DNA of 62,247 nt from Termitinemataceae bacterium (GTDB lineage: Bacteria; Spirochaetota; Spirochaetia; Treponematales; Breznakiellaceae). The notes below the pieces were generated by a model. It was not told where the DNA came from. It saw only the letters and a list, made by a program, of their open reading frames with translations, and made no database searches. Below are positions 38,982 through 48,545 of the stretch, one piece after another (position 1 is the stretch's first letter; every line of letters begins with the position of its first letter). The position numbers were made by a program, and so were the translations under genes. The stretch covers positions 1 to 62,247 of the forward strand of contig BTID01000001.1 of the NCBI GenBank assembly GCA_036245275.1. Direction: 5' to 3'.

Positions 38982-39911
38982 ATGGGAATTAATTTAAAGG
39001 GCAGATCACTTTTAACATGGTTGGATTATTCGAAGGAAGAAATACTTTTTTTGCTGGAACTTTCAATAAAATTAAAGGCGGAAAAAAGACTCCGCCATTC
39101 GCGCTTTGCAGGAAAGTCTGTTGCGTTGATATTTGAAAAACGCTCTACACGGACACGCTGTGCGTTTGAAACAGCACTTGGCGAAGAAGGCGGGCATCCT
39201 GTATTTTTATCAACAGCCGACATACAGTTAGGCTCAAAGGAAACTGTGGAAGATACCGCCTGTGTACTAGGGCGTATGTTCAGTGCTATTGAATTCCGCG
39301 GATTTAAGCAGAGCACAGCAGAAGCGCTTGCAAAATATTCCGGTGTTCCTGTTTACAATGGGCTTACCGATCAGTTTCACCCAACGCAGGCACTTGCAGA
39401 CATCATGACGTTTCAGGAAGAGTTTGAAAAAATCGCAGGTAAAAAAATATGTTTTGTAGGGGACGGACGTAACAATGTGGCAAGATCACTTATTGTAATT
39501 TGTTCAAAGCTAGGCATCAATATCAGTATTGCAGCTCCTAAAGAATTGCACCCTGATAACGAGGTAATCGAAAAGTGTACACCGATTGCAAAAGAAACGG
39601 GCTGCACAATTACAATCAGCAGTAATTTAGATGAAGTTAAAGGTGCCCACGCTCTGTACACCGATGTGTGGGCATCAATGGGCGAAGAGGCTATAAAAGA
39701 AGAACGTGTTAAATTGTTAAAACCGTATCAAGTGAACAACGAGCTTATGGCAAGGACAGGATTGAGCGAAACAATTTTTATGCATTGTCTGCCTGCAATA
39801 CGCGGCGAAGAAGTAAGCACATCTGTTATAGACGGACAGGCAAGCAGAGTCTGGGACGAAGCAGAAAACCGCAAACATACTATCAAGGCAATTATGCTTG
39901 CCACATTATAA
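38982..39911 (+). CDS. argF: Ornithine carbamoyltransferase
   Basis: STRTRCAFE (carbamoyl-phosphate site), HPTQ, DVWASMGEE (DxxxSMG ornithine site) and HCLPA. Confidence 0.85.
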   Translation: MGINLKGRSLLTWLDYSKEEILFLLELSIKLKAEKRLRHSRFAGKSVALIFEKRSTRTRCAFETALGEEGGHPVFLSTADIQLGSKETVEDTACVLGRMFSAIEFRGFKQSTAEALAKYSGVPVYNGLTDQFHPTQALADIMTFQEEFEKIAGKKICFVGDGRNNVARSLIVICSKLGINISIAAPKELHPDNEVIEKCTPIAKETGCTITISSNLDEVKGAHALYTDVWASMGEEAIKEERVKLLKPYQVNNELMARTGLSETIFMHCLPAIRGEEVSTSVIDGQASRVWDEAENRKHTIKAIMLATL

Positions 39912-39916
39912 TCTGC

Positions 39917-42034
39917 ATGGATAATATTGAATTACTCGCCCCTGCAGGCGGCATGGAAGCCTTAAACGCAGCAGTTTCAGAAGGTGCAGATGCCGTCTAC
40001 CTTGGTTTAAAATCTTTTAACGCACGTATACGCGCAGGGAATTTTGCTTATTCAGAATTTGATGCAGTATTACGTGCTATGCACAAACAAAATAAAAAAA
40101 TCTATGTTGCTGTAAACACAGTTTTTGAACAACGCGAAGCGGACAGAATGTATCAACTGTTAAAATATCTTTGCGCAAGCGGTGTTGATGGAATTATTGT
40201 TCAAGATTTTGGTGTATTAAAAATGTGCAGCGATTATTTTCCGTCTATAAAAATACATGCCTCAACACAGATGAATGTATCAAGTGCTAAGGCTGCAAAC
40301 CTGCTGTCAAAGTTTGGTGTTAGCCGCTGTGTCCTGTCCCGTGAATTAAGTTATGAAGACTTAAAAGAAATTCGCGCACGCACAAACATCGAGCTTGAGA
40401 TTTTTGTACACGGGGCGTTATGCGTAAGTGCTTCCGGCTTGTGTTTGTTCTCAAGTTTTCTAGGCGGTAAGTCTGCAAATAGGGGAATGTGTACTCAGGG
40501 CTGCCGCAGATTATATGCAGCAGAAGATACAGAAGATAGCAAATATTATTTTAGTCCCAACGATTTACAGTTAATAGAAAAAATACCCAATCTTGTAAAA
40601 GCCGGTATCAATTCATTTAAAATAGAAGGCCGAATGAAAAGCGCAGAATACACAGGCGCTGTTGTCCGTGCATACCGGCATGTTATTGACAATTTAGACG
40701 GCAATATTTGCAGCGCAATTGAGGCAGCAAAACAAATGTTAAGCCTTGATTTTGCCCGTACAAAAACAACTTTTTTATTTGACAAACAGTCTTTTGACTG
40801 GTTAAACCCCGATCAAGACGGCGGAACAGGCATAAAACTAGGCAGTATTGAAGAATACTGCATTAATGCAAATGCAGAGAATGCAGTAGGTACAGCCGGA
40901 ATTCTTATAAGATGCAGAGTAAAAATACACATAGGCGATTCAATACGCATTCACCGCGCAGATGACAGCATGCGCAAATCATACAAAATAAAGCATGTGG
41001 AACAAAAACACAACGGCATAACACAGCTTATAGTTGAAATAGGATCAGATCCTGAGGTAACTACATTTCCGTTTAGAACCGGCGATACTTGTTATATCGT
41101 TCAAACAAAAGAGAATAGCAGGCGTTATGCGCAATTAGTTCCAAAAGATTTTATACATTCAAAGCGTAAGCCGGGTTTTGATCAAGCGCCGCCTATCCGC
41201 TACACCCCTGTAAATAAAGTTATGTTAAAAGAATTTCCGGCGGGTATTTATGTTGCAGTTTCTAATTTAAATGATATGTATGTTGTGCAGTCGATAAAGC
41301 CGCAGTTTTTAATAATCAACGGCAGCATCCGTACATTGGAAAAATTGCTAGCTGCAAAAAAAGCAATTCCATTTAAGACATCGGAAATAATAATTTCGCT
41401 AGATCCGTTTTTTCCTGAATCTGTAAATTCATCATTAAGCGGGATTGCAGAAAAATTACTTGATGCAGGATACGATCACTTTATAGTAAATAATTTAGGA
41501 CACATCACTATGCTGCAAAAAACAAATGCAACACTTATTGCAGGTCCGTATCTATACACATTCAACCGTTTTTCAGTTTCGTTTTTAGAAAAAAATAATT
41601 TGCAGTTTTTTGTAACACCGCATGAATTTTCCAGACAAAATTTAGAGCGCGTATTTGAAGCGCCAAGGTTTAAAGAGCCCTCTGAGCGCGAAGCGGCATT
41701 AGTCTGCGTGTTTTCATACCCGCCGCTTTTTAGAATACAATCTAATTTAAGCGGCTTTTATGATTTTTCTTATTTTGAAGACACCCGCGGCGAAAGTTTT
41801 AGACTTGCTACAGATGATAAGGGATCAATAGTGTACCCGCAAAGTCCGTTTAGCATAATCGACAAAATTCCTTTTCTAAAACAAGCAGGGTTTAAACGCT
41901 TTATAATCGATTTTTCCGGGACGACCTTAAAAAAGCACATATACAAAACCATAATTGATGCGGCAAACAAAGGCACACCCATCCCCGGCATATCAAGATT
42001 CAACTATAAAAACGGTTTTTTTACACAGGAATGA
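39917..42034 (+). CDS. Peptidase U32 family protein (long, two-module form)
   Basis: I place the start at MDNIELLAPAGGMEALNAAV (ATG 39917). The ORF-track extension overlaps argF. GADAVYLG...FNAR, ELEIFVHGALC, a Cys-rich GMCTQGCRR motif and FKIEGRMKS are present. Confidence 0.85.
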   Translation: MDNIELLAPAGGMEALNAAVSEGADAVYLGLKSFNARIRAGNFAYSEFDAVLRAMHKQNKKIYVAVNTVFEQREADRMYQLLKYLCASGVDGIIVQDFGVLKMCSDYFPSIKIHASTQMNVSSAKAANLLSKFGVSRCVLSRELSYEDLKEIRARTNIELEIFVHGALCVSASGLCLFSSFLGGKSANRGMCTQGCRRLYAAEDTEDSKYYFSPNDLQLIEKIPNLVKAGINSFKIEGRMKSAEYTGAVVRAYRHVIDNLDGNICSAIEAAKQMLSLDFARTKTTFLFDKQSFDWLNPDQDGGTGIKLGSIEEYCINANAENAVGTAGILIRCRVKIHIGDSIRIHRADDSMRKSYKIKHVEQKHNGITQLIVEIGSDPEVTTFPFRTGDTCYIVQTKENSRRYAQLVPKDFIHSKRKPGFDQAPPIRYTPVNKVMLKEFPAGIYVAVSNLNDMYVVQSIKPQFLIINGSIRTLEKLLAAKKAIPFKTSEIIISLDPFFPESVNSSLSGIAEKLLDAGYDHFIVNNLGHITMLQKTNATLIAGPYLYTFNRFSVSFLEKNNLQFFVTPHEFSRQNLERVFEAPRFKEPSEREAALVCVFSYPPLFRIQSNLSGFYDFSYFEDTRGESFRLATDDKGSIVYPQSPFSIIDKIPFLKQAGFKRFIIDFSGTTLKKHIYKTIIDAANKGTPIPGISRFNYKNGFFTQE

Positions 42035-42048
42035 ATCTGACGAATTCC
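41986..42048 (+). repeat. Direct repeat copy 1 (functional 3' end of the U32 gene)
   Basis: 63 nt CGGCATATCAAGATTCAACTATAAAAACGGTTTTTTTACACAGGAATGAATCTGACGAATTCC. It matches 43291-43353 at 61/63 positions. Confidence 0.9.
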
Positions 42049-42117
42049 CTGCTTTAATGATATTTTCCTTAAATAAGATTTTCAAAAGGAACTTTTATTT
42101 GTTTTTCTTTTTCTGCT

Positions 42118-42324
42118 TCAAATTTCTTTTTTGTTTTTTTCACGAAACTTCTTAACGTTTTGGCAAAAATCATCAAGAGACATATCTTTATACAGATCCC
42201 GTTGCCAAACTGTATAGTCAAATGGTTCTCTAAGTATAAGCGCAATAAAGCGTTCAGCTTCAACCATACCAAGTGACCGTGTCAATGATTCCATGCCTTT
42301 ACATTTTAGAATTGTGTCAGTCAT
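42118..42324 (-). CDS. Small antitoxin-like protein paired with the PIN toxin
   Basis: 68 aa. It has an 8-nt overlap with the PIN gene stop. LGMVEAERFIALILREPFDY has no confidently recognised family. An alternative overlapping ORF, 42069-42272, was judged spurious. Confidence 0.5.
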   Translation of the reverse strand: MTDTILKCKGMESLTRSLGMVEAERFIALILREPFDYTVWQRDLYKDMSLDDFCQNVKKFREKNKKEI

Positions 42325-42748
42325 TTAAATTCCTCCGTAAAAAATCTAGTGGATTAATAACAATTATATCTTTAATTTGCTTATTAAGAATCTTTTTATC
42401 AACAGTAATAAAATAATCAGTATTTGCATATATTGCACACGCGATATGCGATGCATCTTTTTGGCGTAACCCAAGAGTCATTAAGTTTCGTGCGTTTTCT
42501 ATAATTATATCATTCAATTCGATAATTGCAGATGCTAATTCTCGCCACTGTGCAATTTCAATTCGTCTTTCTTCAAATGGATTATCATTATTTTCAAAAT
42601 CAAGAACATCAGACCAAACCATTTCAAGAGTTTTATCTTTTATCATTTGTTGTATCATAAGTTTTCCCTCGGTTTCAACAAAATTAAAAATGCTACGTTG
42701 ATCATCATAAGGACGATTATAACAACAATTATCTAAATAAATTTTCAT
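42317..42748 (-). CDS. PIN-domain protein (VapC-like ribonuclease toxin)
   Basis: The ATG at 42748 is preceded by AAGGAG. MKIYLDNCCYNRPYDD (first acidic residue)...DASHIACAIYANTDYFITVDKK (C-terminal PIN acidic residue context). Confidence 0.7.
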   Translation of the reverse strand: MKIYLDNCCYNRPYDDQRSIFNFVETEGKLMIQQMIKDKTLEMVWSDVLDFENNDNPFEERRIEIAQWRELASAIIELNDIIIENARNLMTLGLRQKDASHIACAIYANTDYFITVDKKILNKQIKDIIVINPLDFLRRNLND

Positions 42749-42834
42749 TTTAACTCCTTGCAAGTAAAATTTACTATTATTAAAATAGTTTCTTTATCGA
42801 CATGACTATTTCCTGCTTTACAATAATTATATAA

Positions 42835-43056
42835 TTAGTTGTTGAAATCTGACCATGTTTTTATATTTCCAAAATTTCCTTGTTCAGAACGTATATAATT
42901 AATAATTGAATACATTGTCTGTGTCGTATCATCAATATTTGAAAATAACAGCTCTAAGTTGTATTTGTTAGTTTTAAAACTCTCACCGCTTGTTGCCTTT
43001 TCAATAAATTCTGTAATTTTCTGCATTTTTCCCTGTTTTGGCTGTATTTTAAACAA
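42835..43056 (-). CDS. Small hypothetical protein (downstream member of a second overlapping two-gene pair)
   Basis: 73 aa. It has an 8-nt overlap with the upstream 63-aa ORF, the same architecture as the PIN module. No recognised motif. Confidence 0.35.
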   Translation of the reverse strand: MFKIQPKQGKMQKITEFIEKATSGESFKTNKYNLELLFSNIDDTTQTMYSIINYIRSEQGNFGNIKTWSDFNN

Positions 43057-43240
43057 CCCCCTTTATTATATTACAAAAAAGGATTTGGTTAAATGTCTTT
43101 GTGTCGATTATTGCCTTAAAACCGAAGCGTATAAAGCAAGGGCAATCCGTTTTGCATAACTGTTCAATAACTACCTGTTTTATTCCTCTGCTATCAACAA
43201 TATATTCTTCAATGGAACTAATATTTGCATTTGTTATCAT
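43049..43240 (-). CDS. Small hypothetical protein (upstream member of the pair)
   Basis: 63 aa ORF, MITNANISSIEEYIVDSRGIKQVVIEQL... No recognised motif. Confidence 0.3.
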   Translation of the reverse strand: MITNANISSIEEYIVDSRGIKQVVIEQLCKTDCPCFIRFGFKAIIDTKTFNQILFCNIIKGVV

Positions 43241-43290
43241 TATTTGACCTTCATATAATACTGTGTAAATTTTCTCAATGGGTCATTTGA

Positions 43291-43353
43291 CGGCATATCA
43301 AGATTTAACTATAAAAACGGATTTTTTACACAGGAATGAATCTGACGAATTCC
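43291..43353 (+). repeat. Direct repeat copy 2 (displaced duplicate of the U32 3' end)
   Basis: It still encodes GISRFNYKNGFFTQE* in frame. The two differences from copy 1 (TTC>TTT, GGT>GGA) are synonymous. Confidence 0.9.
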
Positions 43354-43364
43354 TATAAACCCTA

Positions 43365-43393
43365 TTGACATACTAGGAATTATCTGGTAGTTT
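43365..43393 (+). promoter_or_regulatory. Putative promoter TTGACA-17-TAGTTT of the nitrogenase-like cluster, overlapped by an inverted repeat
   Basis: TTGACA at 43365-43370 and TAGTTT at 43388-43393. The ATG at 43400 is 6 nt downstream with no SD. The IR AATTCCTA (43348-43355) / TAGGAATT (43374-43381) brackets the -35. Confidence 0.4.
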
Positions 43394-43399
43394 TAATTT

Positions 43400-44665
43400 A
43401 TGACATTTAGTGCTGACTTTCGGTCGCAAAATTTGCAAAAATCTGCCGTGCATCCATGCTTTAACTCGTGCGGTGGTAAAAATGCTCGTATTCACTTGCC
43501 TGTGGCAGAAAATTGCAATATTCAGTGTAATTATTGCCGCCGCAAGTTTAGTTGTGTAAATGAAAGCCGCCCGGGTGTTACTTCTGCCGTGCTGACTCCG
43601 CACGAGGCGCAGGAACGTTGCCTAAAAGCACTGGAAAAGATTGAAAACCTAAGTGTTGTCGGTATCGCAGGGCCGGGTGATGCTCTTGCTTGCCCTGATA
43701 ACACTTTTGAAACGTTGCGTCTTGTGCGCGATGTGTGGAAGGAGGCAATTTTTTGCCTTTCAACGAACGGTCTTTTGCTGCCGGAATATGCGGATTCCCT
43801 TGCAGAATGTGGTGTTTCTCATATTACCGTTACAATAAATTCGCTAAAACCTGAAACAGCTAGGAAAATTTACCGCTATGCAGACTATCATGGTAGGCGT
43901 TTGACTGGTAGAGCGGCATCAGATCAGCTTATAGAGAACCAAATTGAGGGTCTTAGGCGAGCTTCGGCACTCGGAATTGTTTGTAAAGTGAATACAGTGT
44001 TCATAAATGGCCTAAATGACAGCGAAATTCCGCAAATTGCAGCCGCCGTTAAGGATGCCGGAGCAGATTTAATGAATATTATGCAGCTTATTCCTGTTCC
44101 GCACACTCTTTTTGAAGATATTCCCCTTGTCCGCAACGAATATATAAACGAAATGCGCACTAAATGTGAATCTATCCTGCCTCAGATGCGTCATTGCAAG
44201 CAGTGCCGCGCAGATGCTGTAGGAACACTGGATAATGATTTGTCGTTGGAGTTTACTGAATGTTTTACGGAAAAAACCAAAAGTTTGGCGGCAAAGGACG
44301 CAAGCGGCACGAACAAAAATAGCGGGCAAGTGCTTGTTTTTGCGGTTGCCAGCAAGAATGGAGTGCTTGTCGATGAGCATTTTGGGCATATAAGTGAGTT
44401 TTTGATATATGAATGGTGTAACGGCGGCATCCTGTTTAAGGAAAAGCGGCCTGTCAGTCAATTTTGCGGCGGAGGAAATTGCAGTGCGCATGAACGTTTG
44501 CCGCAAATTTATGATGTTTTAAAGGATTGTGCGGCAATTTTGGTGCTGCGCATTGGCGAAGTTCCACGTGCTTTTTTAGCCGAACGCGGAATTAAGGTTA
44601 TTATGACTTACGACTATGTGGAAACGGCGGTAAAAGAAGCGGCTGAAAATTTGATTAACAGATGA
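43400..44665 (+). CDS. NifB-like radical SAM protein with C-terminal NifX/NafY-like domain
   Basis: HPCFNSCGGKNARIHLPVAENCNIQCNYCRRKFSCVNESRPGV matches the NifB signature (HPC..., CxxxCxxC, NESRPGV). The C-terminal VFAVASKNGVLVDEHFGHISEFLIYE is a NifX-like domain. Confidence 0.85.
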   Translation: MTFSADFRSQNLQKSAVHPCFNSCGGKNARIHLPVAENCNIQCNYCRRKFSCVNESRPGVTSAVLTPHEAQERCLKALEKIENLSVVGIAGPGDALACPDNTFETLRLVRDVWKEAIFCLSTNGLLLPEYADSLAECGVSHITVTINSLKPETARKIYRYADYHGRRLTGRAASDQLIENQIEGLRRASALGIVCKVNTVFINGLNDSEIPQIAAAVKDAGADLMNIMQLIPVPHTLFEDIPLVRNEYINEMRTKCESILPQMRHCKQCRADAVGTLDNDLSLEFTECFTEKTKSLAAKDASGTNKNSGQVLVFAVASKNGVLVDEHFGHISEFLIYEWCNGGILFKEKRPVSQFCGGGNCSAHERLPQIYDVLKDCAAILVLRIGEVPRAFLAERGIKVIMTYDYVETAVKEAAENLINR

Positions 44666-44740
44666 AAAGGATTTTTTACGATACTAATTCCTAGTATTTT
44701 GATATGTTTTCTATGATTTTTATTTATATAGGAGTGTTTT

Positions 44741-45808
44741 ATGAAAAAAATTGGAAAAATTGTGCTTGCAGCGGTTTTATTCGGCATAGCGGCACTTGGC
44801 GGCTGCCAGAAAAAGGATGCGGCAAAGGCGGGTTTGGAAAAGATCAATATCATCTCGAATCCTGATTTGACTACCAGTCCGCTGTCGATTATTGCACGGG
44901 AGCGGGGGTATTTTACAGAGGAAGGGCTGGAACCCAACTTTATTTTTCTGCGTGACGGCCGCACAGAGGCGCTCAGTATGGGAAAGGGCGATCTTTACCT
45001 TACAGAGCTTATTCCGCCTCTTGTTTATGCTTCGCAGGGTGCGCCTATAAAAATTATAGGCGGTACGCTCTCCGGCGGTAACTATGTTATTGTAAAAAAA
45101 GAAAACGAGGAAAAATACAGTAAAATAGAAAACTGGAAGGGCGCAAAACTTGGAACGGTCAGGCTTTCTACTTCGGAAATGGTATCCCGTTATGCGCTAA
45201 GTCAAGCAGGAATTACAGACGATGTGCATTTTCAGGAAATCGACAATTACCCAAACATAATAGAGGCTGTGCGCAAAGGTCAAGTTGATATTGGCTTTAT
45301 TGCAGGCGGTCCGTTCCGATCAAGTGCTTTGGATTTGGGACTTTCAATTTTGTTTCCTATGAATGAGATGTCGCCTAACTATTTATGCTGCCGCTTGAAT
45401 GTCTATGCTCCGTCTTTGGAATCGCGGAGAGGAATTTTTGTAAACTTTATTGTTGCCTACCTACGGGCATACCGCGACTTTAATGATCCTGCGCAGCGCA
45501 ACGATATTACAAAAATATTTGCAGACATTACATCACAGAGTGAAGAATTTATTACAGAAACTGTTTTTGATTCAGAGCGCAATGGTCAGCGTTCCTACAA
45601 TCCTGATCCGGATTTACGACGCATCATCAATGTTTGGGACACTCTGGAATCTACTGAATATATACATCCAGATGGTATTGATGTCCGCAGTGTAGTTGAT
45701 ACTTCTGTGTATAAAGAAGCTTTGGACATTATAATCAAACGTTACCCTGACGATCAATTGTTTAGGGAGTTATCTGCATATTACGCAGAAAATGATTTAG
45801 ATGTTTAG
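44741..45808 (+). CDS. ABC transporter substrate-binding lipoprotein, NMT1/SsuA/TauA-like (sulfonate/taurine/nitrate family)
   Basis: SD AGGAG and lipobox LGGC. The size and sequence pattern fit the NitT/TauT-family SBP, and it is adjacent to the cognate ATPase and permease. Confidence 0.75.
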   Translation: MKKIGKIVLAAVLFGIAALGGCQKKDAAKAGLEKINIISNPDLTTSPLSIIARERGYFTEEGLEPNFIFLRDGRTEALSMGKGDLYLTELIPPLVYASQGAPIKIIGGTLSGGNYVIVKKENEEKYSKIENWKGAKLGTVRLSTSEMVSRYALSQAGITDDVHFQEIDNYPNIIEAVRKGQVDIGFIAGGPFRSSALDLGLSILFPMNEMSPNYLCCRLNVYAPSLESRRGIFVNFIVAYLRAYRDFNDPAQRNDITKIFADITSQSEEFITETVFDSERNGQRSYNPDPDLRRIINVWDTLESTEYIHPDGIDVRSVVDTSVYKEALDIIIKRYPDDQLFRELSAYYAENDLDV

Positions 45809-45826
45809 AACAAAATAGGTAAAAAA

Positions 45827-46627
45827 ATGGGTAGAATTGATATTGAAAACTTAAGCCTTGCCTTTAAAGAGGGCACTCATGAGTTTAAGGCACTAGACGG
45901 CGTGAATGCCGTTATAGAAGATGGTGAGTTTGTCTGCATAATAGGACCCTCCGGATGCGGTAAAAGCACACTTTTGGGCATTTTAGAAGGATTGACATTT
46001 CCTGATTCAGGGCGTGTCCTAATTGACAATGTGCCTATAACAGGACCGGGTCCGGAGCGGGCGGTGGTGTTTCAGCAGTATACTCTGTTTCCATGGATGT
46101 CTACAAAACAAAATGTAATTTTTGGTATGAAGCAGGTTATAAAGGATATGTCCGCAGGAACTTACGAAAAACAGGCAGAGGAATTCTTGAATAAGGTAGG
46201 TCTTACCGGTGTAGGCGACAAGTTGCCGGGGCAGCTTTCCGGAGGTATGCAGCAGCGTGTGGCGATTGCCCGTGCGCTTGCAGTTAGTCCGCAGATATTA
46301 TTGATGGACGAACCTTTTGGTGCTATTGATGCTAAAACCCGTGTATCGCTGCAGGAATTACTTTTGGAATTGTGGAGTGCAGACGAAAAAAAGAAAACTG
46401 TTGTCTTTGTTACGCACGATATTGATGAAGCACTGTTGTTGTCTGACAAAATTATTTTTATGAAGCCCGGAAAAATTTCAGAAATGATTCCTGTATCTCT
46501 GCCGCGTCCCCGCAACAAAGACGGACATCTGCAAGATAACGAAGAATACCGCAGACTGCGCTCAGCACTGGTTTCAAAATTCTATCAGGATGTTACAGAG
46601 AATATAGGTGCTGGGGTAGTGTTATGA
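45827..46627 (+). CDS. ABC transporter ATP-binding protein (NitT/TauT family, SsuB/TauB-like)
   Basis: [36 protein letters not shown] and [11 protein letters not shown]. Confidence 0.9.
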   Translation: MGRIDIENLSLAFKEGTHEFKALDGVNAVIEDGEFVCIIGPSGCGKSTLLGILEGLTFPDSGRVLIDNVPITGPGPERAVVFQQYTLFPWMSTKQNVIFGMKQVIKDMSAGTYEKQAEEFLNKVGLTGVGDKLPGQLSGGMQQRVAIARALAVSPQILLMDEPFGAIDAKTRVSLQELLLELWSADEKKKTVVFVTHDIDEALLLSDKIIFMKPGKISEMIPVSLPRPRNKDGHLQDNEEYRRLRSALVSKFYQDVTENIGAGVVL

Positions 46628-47568
46628 GAAATAAACCATTACCTTTTAATGTACTCCATAGAGTGTTTAATTTTCCGACATTGTTTTTTATTTTGATAAT
46701 TATACTATCAACAGCGGTTTCCGGTAAAATGAACGAGCGTTTTAAAATACAAAGTGCATATCCGTTTATTGCAGCATGTTTTTTATCTTGGATATTTTTT
46801 CAAATTAAACTACACAATGTTAAAGGCAGACAGGCGGCAAAAGATGTTGCCGGTATAGTGCTTGGCTTTCTTTTGATATGGGAAGTTTGCGTTACCAAAT
46901 TTGATCTATTACCTTATGTTTTTGTACCTGCACCGGAAAATGTTTTTGCAGTTTTTATACACGATTACAAAATGATACTGTCAGGTTTTGTGCGTTCAAT
47001 TTTCTTGCTTGTTACAGGATTTACCGCATCAATTATTGTAGGCATAGCTTTAGGCACTGCAGTTGGATGGATTCCGCGTTTGCGCACTGCGGTGTTTCCA
47101 ATCGCAAAAGCGATCAGTACGGTACCGGCGCTTATATACAGTCCATACCTTGTAGTTATAATGCCTACATTTACAAGCGCATCAATCTTTGTAATTTTTT
47201 GCGGTACATTTTGGATGTTATTTATGAATATGATACAGCGCGTAGGCACTATTGATGCGCGGATCATCAACACTGCAAAAATTCTAAATGTAAAAACAGG
47301 CACTATGATCTTTAAAATTATTTTGCCTTATTCACTGCCGCATATTTGGAATGATATGACAACTGTACTCTCTATTTCTGTAATGACACTTACTGTTGCA
47401 GAAATGCTTGGTGCGGATCGCGGCATGGGATTTTATGTACGCCGCTCGCTTGATTATGCAAACTATACACAGTCTATAGCCGGTATAATTTTTATTGCGT
47501 TAGTTATTACTGCGCTTAACGCACTTATTTCCGGTATTCGTAAAAAAGTTATCAAGTGGAGTTACTAA
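46624..47568 (+). CDS. ABC transporter permease (SsuC/TauC-like)
   Basis: It has a 4-nt overlap with the ATPase gene. It is a multi-TM protein with a binding-protein-dependent transport-system inner-membrane pattern. Confidence 0.85.
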   Translation: MRNKPLPFNVLHRVFNFPTLFFILIIILSTAVSGKMNERFKIQSAYPFIAACFLSWIFFQIKLHNVKGRQAAKDVAGIVLGFLLIWEVCVTKFDLLPYVFVPAPENVFAVFIHDYKMILSGFVRSIFLLVTGFTASIIVGIALGTAVGWIPRLRTAVFPIAKAISTVPALIYSPYLVVIMPTFTSASIFVIFCGTFWMLFMNMIQRVGTIDARIINTAKILNVKTGTMIFKIILPYSLPHIWNDMTTVLSISVMTLTVAEMLGADRGMGFYVRRSLDYANYTQSIAGIIFIALVITALNALISGIRKKVIKWSY

Positions 47569-47607
47569 AAAAAATAGTATTGGATAGTAAATATAAAAGG
47601 AAAAAAC

Positions 47608-48534
47608 ATGGCAGATATAAAAAAAGATCTTTCTGAATTGATAGGTAATACTCCGCTAATGGAACTTGCACGCATAGAAAAAAAACATGCCTCAGGTGCT
47701 AGGATATTGGCAAAGCTTGAATACTTTAATCCGGCGGGAAGCGTTAAAGATCGTATTGCCCGCGCGATGATCGAAGATGCCGAAGACAAGGGTTTAATAG
47801 GTCCAAATACCACAATTATAGAGCCTACAAGCGGTAATACAGGTTTGGGACTTGCTGCAGTTGCTGCATTCAAAGGACATCGCGTAATTATAGTGGTGCC
47901 GGATAATACATCGCAATCGTATCAGGCATTGCTGCGCGCTTATGGTGCAGAAGTAACATTAACCGATGGTTCTAAAGGCATGAGAGAGGCAATCGCAAAA
48001 GCAGAAATAATCGCAGATGAAATAAAAGACAGCTTTATACCTGGGCAGTTTGTAAATGCAGCAAACCCAAATGCGCACTTTGCAACAACAGGACCTGAGA
48101 TATGGCGTCAAACAGACGGCAAAGTTGATTTTTTTGTAGCAGGTGTTGGAACAGGAGGCACGATTTCCGGAGCCGGCGGATTTTTAAAATCTGTTAATCC
48201 GCAAATTAAAGTTATTGCTGTGGAGCCTGATTCATCACCATTTTTGTCGGAAGGTAAAAGCGGCGTTCACCGTATTCAAGGCATAGGTGCCGGATTTGCA
48301 CCGTCTGTACTTAATACACATATATACGATGAAGTGATCCGTGTGCATGATGACGATGCCTTTGAAACAGCACGCAGCATTGCAAGATACGAAGGCATAC
48401 TAGTTGGTTCTTCCTCCGGTGCTGCTGTTTGTGCGGCTTTGGAAATTGCTGCACGCGCAACAGCGCAAGGAAAAAATATTGTTGTGCTGTTACCGGATTC
48501 CGGCGAACGTTATGTGCTATCCGGTGCATTGTGA
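47608..48534 (+). CDS. cysK: Cysteine synthase A / O-acetylserine sulfhydrylase
   Basis: LIGNTPLMEL, NPAGSVKDRIA (PLP Lys), EPTSGNTG, GTGGTISG and SSGAA. Confidence 0.9.
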   Translation: MADIKKDLSELIGNTPLMELARIEKKHASGARILAKLEYFNPAGSVKDRIARAMIEDAEDKGLIGPNTTIIEPTSGNTGLGLAAVAAFKGHRVIIVVPDNTSQSYQALLRAYGAEVTLTDGSKGMREAIAKAEIIADEIKDSFIPGQFVNAANPNAHFATTGPEIWRQTDGKVDFFVAGVGTGGTISGAGGFLKSVNPQIKVIAVEPDSSPFLSEGKSGVHRIQGIGAGFAPSVLNTHIYDEVIRVHDDDAFETARSIARYEGILVGSSSGAAVCAALEIAARATAQGKNIVVLLPDSGERYVLSGAL

Positions 48535-48545
48535 CAGGAGGCATT

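Noticed and set aside
39785-39916. N-terminal 44-aa extension of the U32 ORF overlapping argF
   Set aside because: The extension is out-of-frame overlap with the conserved C-terminus of ornithine carbamoyltransferase. The conserved U32 N-terminus (MDNIELLAPAGG) starts at 39917.
42069-42272. 67-aa minus-strand ORF as the PIN partner
   Set aside because: It overlaps the better-placed 42118-42324 ORF, which has the typical 8-nt overlap with the PIN stop. It is also rich in runs encoded by an A/T homopolymer region.
41986-43353. Prophage or complete integrative element
   Set aside because: No integrase, excisionase, replication or structural genes lie between the direct repeats. Only small TA-like ORFs are present, so I describe it as a decayed islet rather than an active element.
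48429-48545. 39-aa Cys-rich N-terminal extension of the fusion gene
   Set aside because: It lies inside the conserved 3' end of cysK in another frame. An AGGAGG followed by GTG at 48546 gives a normal Fe-ADH N-terminus.
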